A stretch of DNA of 64,000 nucleotides from an uncultured Actinomycetes bacterium (GCA_963704885.1 CAVPIB010000001.1:192001-256000), one strand, 5' to 3'. Positions 48,190-58,654 are shown, numbered from the stretch's first letter. The notes: a model not told the origin generated them from the letters alone. Program-made: numbers and translations.

Positions 48190-49094
48190 CAGACCAGGTT
48201 CCTCAACGCCAGAAGCGTGTTCTCCACCGGTTTCTCGGCGATGCGCCGCATGAACCATGGGTACCAGTAGGGGCCATACGAGATCAGGGTGCGCACCTTG
48301 ATCCCTTCGCGTGTCATGCGGCGCTGCTCGTCCGATCGTATCCCGTAGAGCATGGCCACCTCGAAAGCGTCTCGCCCCCCCGGAACGGCCCCCTGGATCC
48401 GCGCGATCAGCTCGGTGTCGTGGGTGCCGAGCGCCAGCCGTCGCGCGCTCCGCGCCAGATGGCACGCAAGGCGGAAGTAGCTCTCATCTATCAGGCGCTT
48501 GTCCTGGAAGGCGTGCTCCTTGGACTCGCGGTATGCCCCTTTGACCAGGCGGATGGACGGCTCGGCAGGAGAGAGCGCCTGCACGTCTTCCCACGTGCGG
48601 CGCAGGTACGCCTGTAGGCACAGACCCGTGTTCGGGAACTTGGTCAGTAGCCGGCGGTACAGCTCGATCGTGCCGTCGACGTAGCCGGTCGATTCGATGT
48701 CTATCCACAGCGTCCGATCCAGGGCGGAGGAGCGATCCGCCAGGCGCTCCAGATGGTTCATGGTGGCATCTCGGTCGAGATCGAACCCGAGCTGCGTGAG
48801 CTTGACCGAGATCTCTGCATCGAGGTTGAGCTCGTCGATGCGATCTAGGAGCCGCAGGTACTCGCCGGCAGCCTCGGTCGCCTGCGCGAGCTCGGTGACG
48901 TTCTCGCCGAGCAGCGTGAACGAGGCCGGGATCCCTTCATCGGCGAGCGTCGCAGCTGCCGTCAGCGCCTCATCGGCCGTCTCGCCGGGCATGAACCGCG
49001 ACACGGTCTTGCGGATCGATCGGAAGCGCGGCAGGTTCCTGCGGAGGGTGGCGTTCCCCGACGCCCACAGCAGCGTTCCTCGCAGCGGGTTCAT
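48189..49094 (-). CDS. Monofunctional proline dehydrogenase
   Basis: RFMPGE, SVKLTQLG, IDIE, LQAYL, IRLVKGAY.E, GTHD, MLYGIR, MRRIAE. Confidence 0.9.
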   Translation of the reverse strand: MNPLRGTLLWASGNATLRRNLPRFRSIRKTVSRFMPGETADEALTAAATLADEGIPASFTLLGENVTELAQATEAAGEYLRLLDRIDELNLDAEISVKLTQLGFDLDRDATMNHLERLADRSSALDRTLWIDIESTGYVDGTIELYRRLLTKFPNTGLCLQAYLRRTWEDVQALSPAEPSIRLVKGAYRESKEHAFQDKRLIDESYFRLACHLARSARRLALGTHDTELIARIQGAVPGGRDAFEVAMLYGIRSDEQRRMTREGIKVRTLISYGPYWYPWFMRRIAEKPVENTLLALRNLV

Positions 49095-49148
49095 CGCGGG
49101 CGAGCCTATCGGAAGTGCCGGGCGCGCTACGGCTGCGTCGGCATCGGA

Positions 49149-50465
49149 TCAGGCGGTCTTCGTCTCGAACTGGGCCTCTTCGGTGGAGCCCTTGAGGGCG
49201 AGCGTCGACGCCGTGCCGCCCGAGATCACCTCGGAGACCTGGTCGAAGTAGCCGGTTCCCACCTCTGCTTGGTGCCGGGTCGCCGTGTATCCCTGGTCCT
49301 CCATGGCGAACTCGTTCTCCTGCAGCCGGACGTAGGCGCTCATGCCCTCATCCGCGTACCCGCGAGCCAACTCGAACATGCTGGCGTTGAGCGCGTGGAA
49401 CCCGGCCAGGGTTATGAATTGGAACCGGTACCCCATGGCGGCCAGCTCGGTCTGGAACCGCGCGATGGTGTCGTCGTCCAGGTGCTGCTTCCAGTTGAAC
49501 GAAGGCGAGCAGTTGTACGCCAAGAGCTTGCCGGGATACATGGCGTGGATCGCCTCGGCGAACGTCCGTGCCTCGTCCAGTTCCGGGGTCGATGTCTCGC
49601 ACCAGAGCATGTCTGCGTACGGCGCGTACGCCAGGCCGCGTGCGATGGCGGCGTCCATGCCTGAACGCACCCGGAAGAATCCCTCCGGAGTGCGGCCGCC
49701 GCTCGCGAACCGCGCGTCCCGCGGGTCGACGTCTGTCGTCAGGAGCGTCGCGGCGAGCGAGTCCGTCCGGGCGATGAGCACGGTCGGCACGTCGAGGACG
49801 TCGGCCGCCAGGCGGGCGGCGGTCAGCGTGCGGATGAACTGCTCGGTCGGCACCAGCACCTTGCCGCCGAGATGTCCGCACTTCTTCTCCGAAGCCAGCT
49901 GATCCTCGAAGTGCACGCCGGCCGCTCCCGCTTCGATCATGGACTTCATCAGCTCGAACGCGTTCAGCGGACCGCCGAACCCTGCCTCGGCGTCGGCGAC
50001 GATCGGCGGCAGCTGACGGGGATCGTGACCCTCCGCCCACTCGATCTGGTCGGCGCGTATGAGAGCGTTGTTCAGGCGTCGGACGATAGCCGGCACGGAG
50101 TTCGCCGGGTAGAGCGATTGGTCAGGGTATGTCTGACCCGCGAGGTTGGCGTCGGCGGCCACTTGCCACCCGGAGAGGTAGATGGCCTCCAGGCCGGCCT
50201 TGGACATCTCGACGGCCTGGCCTCCTGTGAGCGCCCCGAGCGCCGCAACATACTCGCGCGACCCCATCAGGTGCCAGAGGCGCTCGGCACCCACGCGCGC
50301 CAACGTGTGTTCGACCCTGATGGATCCTCGCAGGCGGATGACGTCCTCCGGGGTGTAGGTGCGCTCGATGCCGGTCCAGCGAGGATCGGTATCCCAGCGC
50401 CGTTCGAGTGCCTCGGCCTCACTGCGGATGTGCGCCTTGGCGGTCATGTCGGTCGTGCCGGCCAT
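49149..50465 (-). CDS. aceA: Isocitrate lyase
   Basis: [30 protein letters not shown]; RBS AAGGAGG. Confidence 0.97.
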   Translation of the reverse strand: MAGTTDMTAKAHIRSEAEALERRWDTDPRWTGIERTYTPEDVIRLRGSIRVEHTLARVGAERLWHLMGSREYVAALGALTGGQAVEMSKAGLEAIYLSGWQVAADANLAGQTYPDQSLYPANSVPAIVRRLNNALIRADQIEWAEGHDPRQLPPIVADAEAGFGGPLNAFELMKSMIEAGAAGVHFEDQLASEKKCGHLGGKVLVPTEQFIRTLTAARLAADVLDVPTVLIARTDSLAATLLTTDVDPRDARFASGGRTPEGFFRVRSGMDAAIARGLAYAPYADMLWCETSTPELDEARTFAEAIHAMYPGKLLAYNCSPSFNWKQHLDDDTIARFQTELAAMGYRFQFITLAGFHALNASMFELARGYADEGMSAYVRLQENEFAMEDQGYTATRHQAEVGTGYFDQVSEVISGGTASTLALKGSTEEAQFETKTA

Positions 50466-50500
50466 CTCGGTGCCTCCTTGGTCGTCTTCCCGGGGAAGTG

Positions 50501-50528
50501 AAAGACCCTTCGCCTGCGGCGAAGGGTC
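50501..50528 (-). terminator. Terminator-like hairpin in the aceA leader
   Basis: GACCCTTCGCC-GCA-GGCGAAGGGTC followed by TTTCACTT on the minus strand. Confidence 0.7.
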
Positions 50529-50617
50529 GATGGCGCGTCCGGGCTCAGATGAGCCCAGGGCCGCGCCCTAGGGACCGGATACGTGGATCGAAGCCGCGCC
50601 GGCGAGATCCCCAAGAT

Positions 50618-50672
50618 TGAACGTTCGTTCAGTCACTCATGCATCCTTCCAGAGCAACCCGTGGCGTGTCAA
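50618..50672 (-). promoter_or_regulatory. aceA promoter with palindromic operator
   Basis: TTGACA-N18-AAGGAT; palindrome TGAACG-AA-CGTTCA at 50618-50631 just downstream. Confidence 0.6.
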
Positions 50673-51133
50673 TCAACCTTTCCGCCGCTTGCCGGGGCGG
50701 GTACGGGGCCTCGTACCCCCGATAGTTGGAGCTCCATCTCGTACATGGCTGAGACCAGTGCCATCGGGCCCCCATCCACGAGTTCCTTCCAGATCCGGAA
50801 CGGACGCCCGCGAACGGTGGCGAGTTCGATGAAATGACCACGCACGTTCTGGGTGCCAGCCACATCCCCCCAGGGGAGCCGCCGCCTCGGGAGAAGGAAG
50901 AGTTGAGATCGGACGGACAGGCCGGCTCCATCCATGATTATCGAGGGCTTCCGCCCGAGGCTAAGCAGGTATGATCCCTCGACCATCCCGATCAGGCCCA
51001 GGGCTGCCAGGCAGATCAGGAAGACGCTCACCGTCGGCACGCTGATCGCGAACACCAACAGGGCAAGAGCCCCGGTGATCAACGGCGACAGGGCGCTCAG
51101 GCGAAGTTGTGGGCTGGGGAAGATCTCGATCAT
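50669..51133 (-). CDS. Hypothetical membrane protein
   Basis: Two TMs then a short beta-rich domain (R.LPWGDV). Confidence 0.55.
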   Translation of the reverse strand: MIEIFPSPQLRLSALSPLITGALALLVFAISVPTVSVFLICLAALGLIGMVEGSYLLSLGRKPSIIMDGAGLSVRSQLFLLPRRRLPWGDVAGTQNVRGHFIELATVRGRPFRIWKELVDGGPMALVSAMYEMELQLSGVRGPVPAPASGGKVD

Positions 51134-51167
51134 GCTGATCGGTTCACTTCTTACACCATCCGGCCTC

Positions 51168-52427
51168 CTATTTCGATAGGTAGCGGACTACCCCGAACCT
51201 GCGTACCCGATCGACAACGGCCTCGCCGACCACCAGGATCTTGCCGTTGGCCTGGATGGTCATATCTCGTGCGGCGTCGGATCCGCCGTCGAAATCGCAA
51301 AGGACGCGTCCACCCGCCCCGAATCTCAGGTCGCGCCTACCCCCGGACTTCAGGCGGATCAGACCGAAGTCGTCCTTGGCGCCGTTGCGGATCCTTCCGG
51401 CCAAGACCAGCTTGCCGTTGGCTTGCACCGACACGGCGGCCGCCTCGTCGTAGCCGGAACCGAACCCGGTCACCAGGAGCCCTCGATCCCCGAAGCTGTC
51501 GTCCAGATGCCCGTGCGGACCCACGCGGACGATCCCCCACTCATCCCGCCCGTCCGCGGCGGCCGATCCCACGATCACCAGGTATCCATCGGCTTGAAGG
51601 GCTGCGCCGAAGCCCTTGTCGCTGCCCTCGGAGACGTCCATCCTGGCGATCCCGTCCCAGTCGAAGCTGTCGTCCAGCTTCCCGTGGGCCATGTATCGAA
51701 CGGCCGAGAAAGCAGGCACCAGGGAGCCCTCCGCCCAGCCGACCGCGACGATCTTCCCGTCGGGCTGGATCAAGACGTCGGTCAGTTGCTCGCCGCTGGG
51801 GCTGACATCTGTGGTGACGCGACCGTCGCCGCCGAACGTGTCGTCCAGCCGGCCGTCGCGAAGGAAGCGCGCGACCGCCGACCTGCTGGTGAAGCCGTTG
51901 GACGTCGAACCCGCGATCACGATGCGATCCGCCGGGGTCATCGCGACCGCGTTCGCCGTTTGATACCTCCTGCCGAACCCGATGATGACCGTTCCGCCAT
52001 CCCCGAACCCCGGGTCGAGGGTGCCGTTCGGTCGGTAGCGCTGCATGAAGATCCGATCGTTCTGTGGCGTTCTGCGCTGACCCACGACCACGATCCCGCC
52101 GTCGGACTGGATCGCAACGTCGAAGGCGTATCCATCGCCGCCGATGTCGGTGAGCACCTTGCCTCCGCTACCGAAGGTCGGATCGAGGCGGCCTTCAGGT
52201 GTGAATCGGGCGAGCGCCACGTCCGGGTGGTTGGCGAGCGTCGAGCCCGCGACAACGATGCGATCGTGGCGATCGATCGCAACGGCGTAGGCGGCGGCGC
52301 CTCGAGCGAACGCCGTCTGCTTCCCGTCGTGGCTGAAGGACGTGTCTAGGTCGCCGGGAGAAGCGAACGCCGGGCGGGGCGATAGGGAAACGATGAGGAT
52401 GATCGCTGCTACCCACGATCGACGCAT
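51168..52427 (-). CDS. Secreted delta-60/DUF5122 repeat beta-propeller protein
   Basis: Signal peptide; about 7 repeats G.LD.SF..DG...A..VAIQ.DGKIVV.G. Confidence 0.85.
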   Translation of the reverse strand: MRRSWVAAIILIVSLSPRPAFASPGDLDTSFSHDGKQTAFARGAAAYAVAIDRHDRIVVAGSTLANHPDVALARFTPEGRLDPTFGSGGKVLTDIGGDGYAFDVAIQSDGGIVVVGQRRTPQNDRIFMQRYRPNGTLDPGFGDGGTVIIGFGRRYQTANAVAMTPADRIVIAGSTSNGFTSRSAVARFLRDGRLDDTFGGDGRVTTDVSPSGEQLTDVLIQPDGKIVAVGWAEGSLVPAFSAVRYMAHGKLDDSFDWDGIARMDVSEGSDKGFGAALQADGYLVIVGSAAADGRDEWGIVRVGPHGHLDDSFGDRGLLVTGFGSGYDEAAAVSVQANGKLVLAGRIRNGAKDDFGLIRLKSGGRRDLRFGAGGRVLCDFDGGSDAARDMTIQANGKILVVGEAVVDRVRRFGVVRYLSK

Positions 52428-52448
52428 GGTCCTCCTTCGCGGCAGCCG

Positions 52449-53324
52449 CTAGGGGACGATCTTCGAAATGGGCAGCTCCAGGATGTCGGTGGCCCCTGCA
52501 GCTTTCAACTGGGGGATCAACCTGTTCACGGTCCGCTTCTCGACCACGGTCTCCACGGCGTAGCCGCCCTCCGACAACGGCGAGACCGTTGGTGCCTTCA
52601 TGGACGGGACGACCTCTAGCACCGCGGCGAGCTCGGGTTCGCCGACGTTCAGCTTGATCAAGACCCGGCCCTCCGCGCGCAGGGCGCCCAGCAGGAGCGT
52701 GGTGATGTCGTCCATGGCGGCCCGCCTGACAGGATCCGCGGCGGCCTCCCGGTTGGCCACCAACACGGGCTCGGATCCCAGGAGCGTTTCGATGATCTTC
52801 ATGCCGTGCGCCCGCAGCGTGCTGCCGGTCTCGGTGACGTCCACGATGGCGTCTACGATCTCCGGGACTTTGGCCTCGGTCGCGCCGAATGACCAGACCA
52901 CCTTGACCGGGATCCCCAGGTCGGCGAAGTACCGCTCGGTGATATGCAGGAACTCCGTGGAGATGCGGGTATCGGGTGGGATCTCCTTCGCGCTGTTGGC
53001 CGGGTGCTCGTTCGGCACCGCCAGCACGACCTTCGTGCCGTGACCCGTCCCGCTCTTCGCGTATGAGAGCGACGTCAAGATCTCGACGTCCGCCGCGGTC
53101 TCGGCTATCCAATCCTGTCCGGTGATGCCGATGTCGAACAATCCATCCTGAACGTAGGTCGGGATCTCTTGAGGGCGTAGCAGCGAAACCCTCTCGATCC
53201 GATCGTCGTCGATCCAGCCGTGGTAGTCGCGGCTCGACCCACGGCGCACGGCCAGGTCCGCGGCCTCGAAAAGCCGTATGGTCTGCTCCTCCAGGGAGCC
53301 TTTGGGCAGCACGAGCTTCAGCAT
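52449..53324 (-). CDS. hisG: ATP phosphoribosyltransferase (long form)
   Basis: LPKGSL, DIGITG.D, GATE, IVDVTETGSTL, C-terminal regulatory domain. Confidence 0.95.
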   Translation of the reverse strand: MLKLVLPKGSLEEQTIRLFEAADLAVRRGSSRDYHGWIDDDRIERVSLLRPQEIPTYVQDGLFDIGITGQDWIAETAADVEILTSLSYAKSGTGHGTKVVLAVPNEHPANSAKEIPPDTRISTEFLHITERYFADLGIPVKVVWSFGATEAKVPEIVDAIVDVTETGSTLRAHGMKIIETLLGSEPVLVANREAAADPVRRAAMDDITTLLLGALRAEGRVLIKLNVGEPELAAVLEVVPSMKAPTVSPLSEGGYAVETVVEKRTVNRLIPQLKAAGATDILELPISKIVP

Positions 53325-53653
53325 CAGGTCCCCAGCGTACGGAAGAAGCAGGTCCGCTCACCCGTGTGGCAGGCCGCGCCCTCTTGGTGGACGCGGATCA
53401 ACAAGACGTCGGCGTCGCAGTCCACACGGATCTCCTCCACGTGTTGGACGTGTCCGCTGGTCTCGCCCTTTCGCCAGAGCGCCTCACGCGACCGGCTCCA
53501 GAACACGGTCCGTCCTTCCGAAGCGGTCAGCTCGATCGAGTCGCGGTTCATCCACGCCATCATCAGGACGTCGCCGTTGTCCGCGTCCTGAACGATCGCT
53601 GGCACGAGGCCACGGTCGTCGAACGTCAGGCCGCCGATCGGCACGGAGTCCAT
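53324..53653 (-). CDS. hisI: Phosphoribosyl-AMP cyclohydrolase (monofunctional)
   Basis: WSRSR..LW.KGETSG, DCDAD, ACHTG..TCF. Confidence 0.95.
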   Translation of the reverse strand: MDSVPIGGLTFDDRGLVPAIVQDADNGDVLMMAWMNRDSIELTASEGRTVFWSRSREALWRKGETSGHVQHVEEIRVDCDADVLLIRVHQEGAACHTGERTCFFRTLGT

Positions 53654-53655
53654 GA

Positions 53656-54414
53656 TCAGAGCCTCACCGGGAGCCGGCGCGAGGCCAGGTACTCCTTGAT
53701 CTGACGGATCGTCAGCTCGCCGTCGTGCAATCGGGACGCCGCCAGGACCGCGTCGGCCCCACCGTCCTGGAGCGCCGCCGCGAAGTGTTCCAACTCGCCG
53801 GCGCCTCCGCTCGCCACGACGGGAACGGTCACGGCCCCGGTGATCGCCCGGAGCAGCTCCAGATCGTATCCCTCACCGGTCCCGTCCCGGTCCATCGATG
53901 TCACCAGCACCTCACCCGCGCCGCGCTCGGTGGTCGCTTCCGCCGCCCATTCGACGGCGTCGCGGTCCACCGCGGTCCGCCCGGCGTCGATCACGACCTC
54001 CCAGCCATCGCCGCGCCGGCGTGCGTCGATCGCGATCACCATGCACTGCGTGCCGAACCGATCGGCGCATCGTGCGAGCATCTCGGGGTCGCGCACCGCG
54101 GCGCTGTTCAGGGACACCTTGTCGGCGCCCGCGCGAAGGAGCGCGTTCACGCCATCCTCATCCTGCACGCCGCCGCCCACCGTGAGCGGGATGAAGACCT
54201 GCTCGGCCGTCGTGGAGATGACATCGAGCGTGGCCTGCCGTCCTTCGATAGTGGCGGTGATGTCCAGGAACACGAGCTCGTCGGCCCCTTCCCGGTCGTA
54301 GCGGGAGGCCATGGCGACCGGGTCCCCGGCGTCGCGCAGGTCCTTGAACCTGGTGCCCTTCACCACGCGGCCCGCGTCGACGTCCAGACAGGGGATCACG
54401 CGCTTGGCGAGCAT
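53656..54414 (-). CDS. hisF: IGP synthase cyclase subunit
   Basis: [30 protein letters not shown]. Confidence 0.96.
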   Translation of the reverse strand: MLAKRVIPCLDVDAGRVVKGTRFKDLRDAGDPVAMASRYDREGADELVFLDITATIEGRQATLDVISTTAEQVFIPLTVGGGVQDEDGVNALLRAGADKVSLNSAAVRDPEMLARCADRFGTQCMVIAIDARRRGDGWEVVIDAGRTAVDRDAVEWAAEATTERGAGEVLVTSMDRDGTGEGYDLELLRAITGAVTVPVVASGGAGELEHFAAALQDGGADAVLAASRLHDGELTIRQIKEYLASRRLPVRL

Positions 54415-54416
54415 GG

Positions 54417-55118
54417 CTAGCCCCGGATCACCTGTGACAGCTTCAGGGTGCGTTCGTACAGAGCCTTTCCCGTCACGACCGCCTCGCAGCCGAGGTCGCG
54501 GAGGGCCCACACATCGTCGGCGTCCCGGACCCCGCCCGAAGCGATCAACGGTCGGTCCGTGAGCTTCAGGACGCGACCGTAGAGTGCGAGGTCTGGGCCC
54601 TCGAGCGTGCCATCCCGCGCGATCGAAGTCACCAGGTAGCGCGGAGCCCCCGCCTCGTCGAGCGCGGTGAGCGCTTCCTCGAGCTCGGGACCTTCTTCGG
54701 TCCAGCCCCTAACCATCAGGCGGCCTGCGCGGACGTCGACGCCGACCACGACATGCTCCGCGTACTCCTCGACCGCACGTGTCACGAAGGCCGGATCGGC
54801 CGCCGCGGCGGTGCCCAGGATGGCGCGGGCCGCGCCGGTATCCAGCATGGAGCCGAGCGCCTCGAGCGATCGGATCCCTCCGCCTACCTGCACGGGGATC
54901 GCGACCGCGTGACAGATCGCCTTCACGGCGTCGGTGTTGGACCCTTCGTCGAGCGCGGCGTCAAGGTCCACCACGTGCAGCCGCCGGGCGCCCTCTTGCT
55001 GGAACCGCTCGGCGACGGCGACGGGGTCATCGGCATACGCGGTCTCCGCGTTCGGATCGCCTCGCACCAGGCGAACCGCGCGTCCGCCGCGCAGGTCTAT
55101 CGCGGGGATCACGATCAC
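54417..55118 (-). CDS. hisA: ProFAR isomerase
   Basis: IPAIDL..G.AVRL..G, LHVVDLD, QVGGGIR, TSIARDG. Confidence 0.95.
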   Translation of the reverse strand: MIVIPAIDLRGGRAVRLVRGDPNAETAYADDPVAVAERFQQEGARRLHVVDLDAALDEGSNTDAVKAICHAVAIPVQVGGGIRSLEALGSMLDTGAARAILGTAAAADPAFVTRAVEEYAEHVVVGVDVRAGRLMVRGWTEEGPELEEALTALDEAGAPRYLVTSIARDGTLEGPDLALYGRVLKLTDRPLIASGGVRDADDVWALRDLGCEAVVTGKALYERTLKLSQVIRG

Positions 55119-55738
55119 GCGGCCTTCACCGTCCGCACGAACGACTCGTAGATCTGCAGACCGGCGTCCGAGGACTTCTCCGGGTGGAATTGCGTGGCGA
55201 ACACATTGCTCTGTGCGACCACGGAGGAGAACGGTCGTCCGTGATCGGTGACGCCGATCGTCGTTCCCTCCATCACGTCGGGCGCGAACGAATGCACGAA
55301 GTAGAAGCGCGTGCTGTCGGGGATGCCCTCGACGTACGGGTGGGTGTCCATCCAGTCGACCTTGTTCCATCCCATGTGCGGCACCTTCACGTTAGACGGG
55401 AGCTTCCTCGAGCGACCGGGGACGATCGCCAGTCCTTCTTCGGGGTCCTCGTCGCTCTCCTTGAACAGGACCTGCATGCCCAGGCAGACGCCGAACACGG
55501 GTCGGCCGGTGCCCACGAACGCCCGGATCGCTTCGTCCAGGCCGCGTTCTTCCAGAGCTCGCATGCAAGCGCCGAACGCGCCAACGCCCGGGATGACGAG
55601 CGCATCTGCCCCCGGGAGCATCGCGCCGTCACGCGTCACCTCCGCGGTTCCCCCGACCCTGGCGATCGCGCGTGAGACCGAGTGCAGGTTGCCCATGCCG
55701 TAATCCAGGACCGCGATCGTGGCTGAGCGCGCGCTCAC
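55115..55738 (-). CDS. hisH: IGP synthase glutaminase subunit
   Basis: DYGMGN, PGVGAF, GVCLGMQ, PHMGWN, QFHPEKS. Confidence 0.96.
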   Translation of the reverse strand: MSARSATIAVLDYGMGNLHSVSRAIARVGGTAEVTRDGAMLPGADALVIPGVGAFGACMRALEERGLDEAIRAFVGTGRPVFGVCLGMQVLFKESDEDPEEGLAIVPGRSRKLPSNVKVPHMGWNKVDWMDTHPYVEGIPDSTRFYFVHSFAPDVMEGTTIGVTDHGRPFSSVVAQSNVFATQFHPEKSSDAGLQIYESFVRTVKAA

Positions 55739-56328
55739 AGCGTCCCCTTCGTGCTGGGCGTGCTCGCTCGTCCCGTCAGGCTGCACGCGTCACCTAGGGC
55801 CCTCGCCAGAGCCTTGAACTCGGCCTCGACAACGTGGTGTGGTGAGCGCCCCGAGCGCAGGCGGACGTGCAGCGTCATCTGAGCCGCGGTCGCGAACGCT
55901 CGGATGAAGTCTTCGACCAGCCCGGTGTCGAACGTGCCGATCATCTCCGCGGGGATCTCGACCTCGTGAACGATGAACGGACGGCCGGATAGGTCGAGCG
56001 ACACCTCGACCGCGGCCTCGTCGAGCGGCACGGTGATGGAGGCGAACCGCCGGATCCCTGACTTATCCGCGAGCGCCTCGACGAGGGCCTGTCCGACGGC
56101 GATACCCACGTCCTCGACGGTGTGGTGGCCGTCGATCTCTAGGTCTCCCCTCGCCGACACGGTCAGGTCGAAACCGGCGTGCGTGCCAAGCTGCTGAAGC
56201 ATGTGATCGAAGAACGGGAGTCCGGTATCGGCCGAGGCCGTCCCGGAGCCGTCGATAGACAGCTCGACACGGACGTCGGTCTCCTTCGTCGTTCTCGTCA
56301 CCGTCGCCGTCCGCGCGGTATCGGTCAC
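55735..56328 (-). CDS. hisB: Imidazoleglycerol-phosphate dehydratase (monofunctional)
   Basis: RTTKET, FFDHML, HHTVED, HHVVEA.FKA, PSTKG. Confidence 0.96.
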   Translation of the reverse strand: MTDTARTATVTRTTKETDVRVELSIDGSGTASADTGLPFFDHMLQQLGTHAGFDLTVSARGDLEIDGHHTVEDVGIAVGQALVEALADKSGIRRFASITVPLDEAAVEVSLDLSGRPFIVHEVEIPAEMIGTFDTGLVEDFIRAFATAAQMTLHVRLRSGRSPHHVVEAEFKALARALGDACSLTGRASTPSTKGTL

Positions 56329-57374
56329 GCCGCGAGCACCTCCTCGAGTGCGGAAAGGAACAGGTCGACCTCGTGGGTTGCCCCCGCGGTGACCCGCAGA
56401 GCGTTGGGCACGACGGCGGACAGATCGCGCACCAGGACGCCCCGATCCACCAACCCCTGCCAAACCTCCGCGGCGGGGCGGGGCGGCACGAAAAGGACGA
56501 AGTTCGCGTCCGACGGATACACCGTAACGTCCGGCATGGCGGACAGGTCGGCGAAGATGCGGTCCCGCTCGATACGGATCGCGCCGAGGATCGCCATGGC
56601 CTCCCGAACGTGGTGGATCGCGACGATCCCGGCGGCCTGGGTGAGAGCCGAGACGTTGTACGGCAGCCGAACCCGCTGCAGGTCGCCTACCACCTCGGGG
56701 TCTGCCAGGGCATAGCCGACGCGTGCCCCTGCGAGCGCGAAGGCCTTCGACATGGTGCGCGTCACCACCACGTTGGGGTGGCCGCTCACGAGCGGTATGC
56801 AGGTCGTTCCCCCGAACTCGATGTAGGCCTCGTCGATCACGACCAGAGCCTCGGTACCCGCGACCAGGGACGCGATACTGGCGAACGTCTGTGCGTTCCC
56901 GGTCGGATTGTTAGGTGAACAGACGAAGATCACATCGGGTCGCTGGTCGATCGCCTGGCTGGTGGCTTCGGTCGTGAGGGCGAACCCCTGACCAAGCCGC
57001 AATGGGACGAGCTCCGTCTGCGTGAGCCAAGCAAGTCGCGAATGCAGGAGATAGGTCGGCTCGAACACCACGGCGCGTCGGCCCGGACCTCCATACGCCT
57101 GGAGCAACTGCGTCAGGATCTCGTTGGAGCCGTTCGCAACCCAAGTTCCGGCGGCCGTGTGACCAACATGCGCAGCCAGCTCCTCCCGCAGCCGCGTCAT
57201 CTGTCCATCCGGGTAGCGGTTCAGCGGGACGTCCATGACCGCGTCAGCCAGATCTTGGGCGAACCCCTCCGGGAGCGGGTAGGGGCTCTCGTTGGTGTTC
57301 AGACGCGCCGCGACGGCCAGCTGCGGTGAGACGTAAGGCGCGACGTCGCGGAGCCCTGCGCGAGGGGTGGTCAT
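56325..57374 (-). CDS. hisC: Histidinol-phosphate aminotransferase
   Basis: LNTNESP, NGSNE, PNNPTG, IDEAY, RTMSKAF.LAG.RVG. Confidence 0.95.
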   Translation of the reverse strand: MTTPRAGLRDVAPYVSPQLAVAARLNTNESPYPLPEGFAQDLADAVMDVPLNRYPDGQMTRLREELAAHVGHTAAGTWVANGSNEILTQLLQAYGGPGRRAVVFEPTYLLHSRLAWLTQTELVPLRLGQGFALTTEATSQAIDQRPDVIFVCSPNNPTGNAQTFASIASLVAGTEALVVIDEAYIEFGGTTCIPLVSGHPNVVVTRTMSKAFALAGARVGYALADPEVVGDLQRVRLPYNVSALTQAAGIVAIHHVREAMAILGAIRIERDRIFADLSAMPDVTVYPSDANFVLFVPPRPAAEVWQGLVDRGVLVRDLSAVVPNALRVTAGATHEVDLFLSALEEVLAA

Positions 57375-58654
57375 CGGGTGCCCCGATCGGCTCGAGCGTC
57401 CATGGCGTGGGCGTGCCCGACCAATCCTTCGCTCCGCGCGATGGCGGACGTCTGTGGAGCCAACCGTTGCGCAGCATCCGCGGTCATCTGGACGACCGAG
57501 CGTACGGTCACGAAGTCCGCGGCGCGCAACCCCGAGGCGAACCGAGCCGTTCCCGCGGTGGGCAGCACGTGATTGGACGCGACGCCGTAGTCGCCGAAAG
57601 GCACCGCGGTCCACTGGCCCAGGAAGATCGCCCCCGCGTTGCGCACCGTCCCCAGGAACGCATCGGGGTCGGCGAGCAACACCTGGAGGTGCTCGGCCGC
57701 GACGTCGTCAACGATCTGAGCTGCATGCCCAAGATCTCGAACGAGCACCGGCAGGGTATGCCGCAGCGCCTCGTCCACGATCTCGCGGCGGCCGGCGGCT
57801 TGGAGTGCTTCGTCCAGTGACACGCGCACCCGATCGATCACGTCCGGGTCGCTCGTGATCAGGAAGGTCCGGGCCTCGGGGTCGTGCTCCGCCTGCGCGA
57901 TGAGGTCGAGTGCCACGAGCGCCGGATCTGCGGAGGTGTCGGCCACGATCGCAAGCTCCGTCGGCCCAGCCAGGCCGTCGATCCCGACCACGCCCGCCAC
58001 CTGCCTCTTGGCCTCGGTGACGTAGATGTTGCCGGGTCCAACGATGCGATCGACGGCCGGAACCGAGACCGTTCCGAACGCGAGCGCTCCGATAGCCTGC
58101 GCGCCTCCGGCTTTGACCACCTGGGTAGCGCCCGCCCGACGGGCTGCATACAGGATCGCGGGCGGGATCGAGCCGTCGGTTTGGGGAGGCGTGCAGAGCA
58201 CGATGCGCTTCACGCCCGCCACGGCAGCCGGAACGACCGTCATGCACACCGAGGACGGGTAGAGGGCCCGGCCACCCGGTACGTAGCACCCCACCGATGC
58301 GAGCGGCCGAACGATCTCGCCGAACCGCACTCCGTCGCGGTCGTCCCACCACTCGGGCGGCAGCTGACGCTCGTGCAGATCGCGCAGGCGCTCGATCAAG
58401 GCGTCGAGGGCCTGACTGAGCTCAGTGGAGACTGATGCCTCCGCTCGCTCGAACTCCTCTGCGGTAACGACGAGACTCCCGAGTGAAAGGTCGGCGTTGT
58501 CGAAACGGGCAGCCAACTCGACCAGCAAGGAATCGCCCTCGGCGCGGACGCGCTCGAGGATCGCCCGGACGGTTTCCGTGACGGTGGGGTCGACCTCGAA
58601 CCTTGACGGCTCGAGCCGCTCCCCCCGCTCGCGCAGGTCGAGGAGCCCGAGCAT
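57371..58654 (-). CDS. hisD: Histidinol dehydrogenase
   Basis: YVPGG, GGAQAI.AL, GPGNIYV, AQAEH, AEHL, NHVLPT. Confidence 0.96.
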   Translation of the reverse strand: MLGLLDLRERGERLEPSRFEVDPTVTETVRAILERVRAEGDSLLVELAARFDNADLSLGSLVVTAEEFERAEASVSTELSQALDALIERLRDLHERQLPPEWWDDRDGVRFGEIVRPLASVGCYVPGGRALYPSSVCMTVVPAAVAGVKRIVLCTPPQTDGSIPPAILYAARRAGATQVVKAGGAQAIGALAFGTVSVPAVDRIVGPGNIYVTEAKRQVAGVVGIDGLAGPTELAIVADTSADPALVALDLIAQAEHDPEARTFLITSDPDVIDRVRVSLDEALQAAGRREIVDEALRHTLPVLVRDLGHAAQIVDDVAAEHLQVLLADPDAFLGTVRNAGAIFLGQWTAVPFGDYGVASNHVLPTAGTARFASGLRAADFVTVRSVVQMTADAAQRLAPQTSAIARSEGLVGHAHAMDARADRGTR

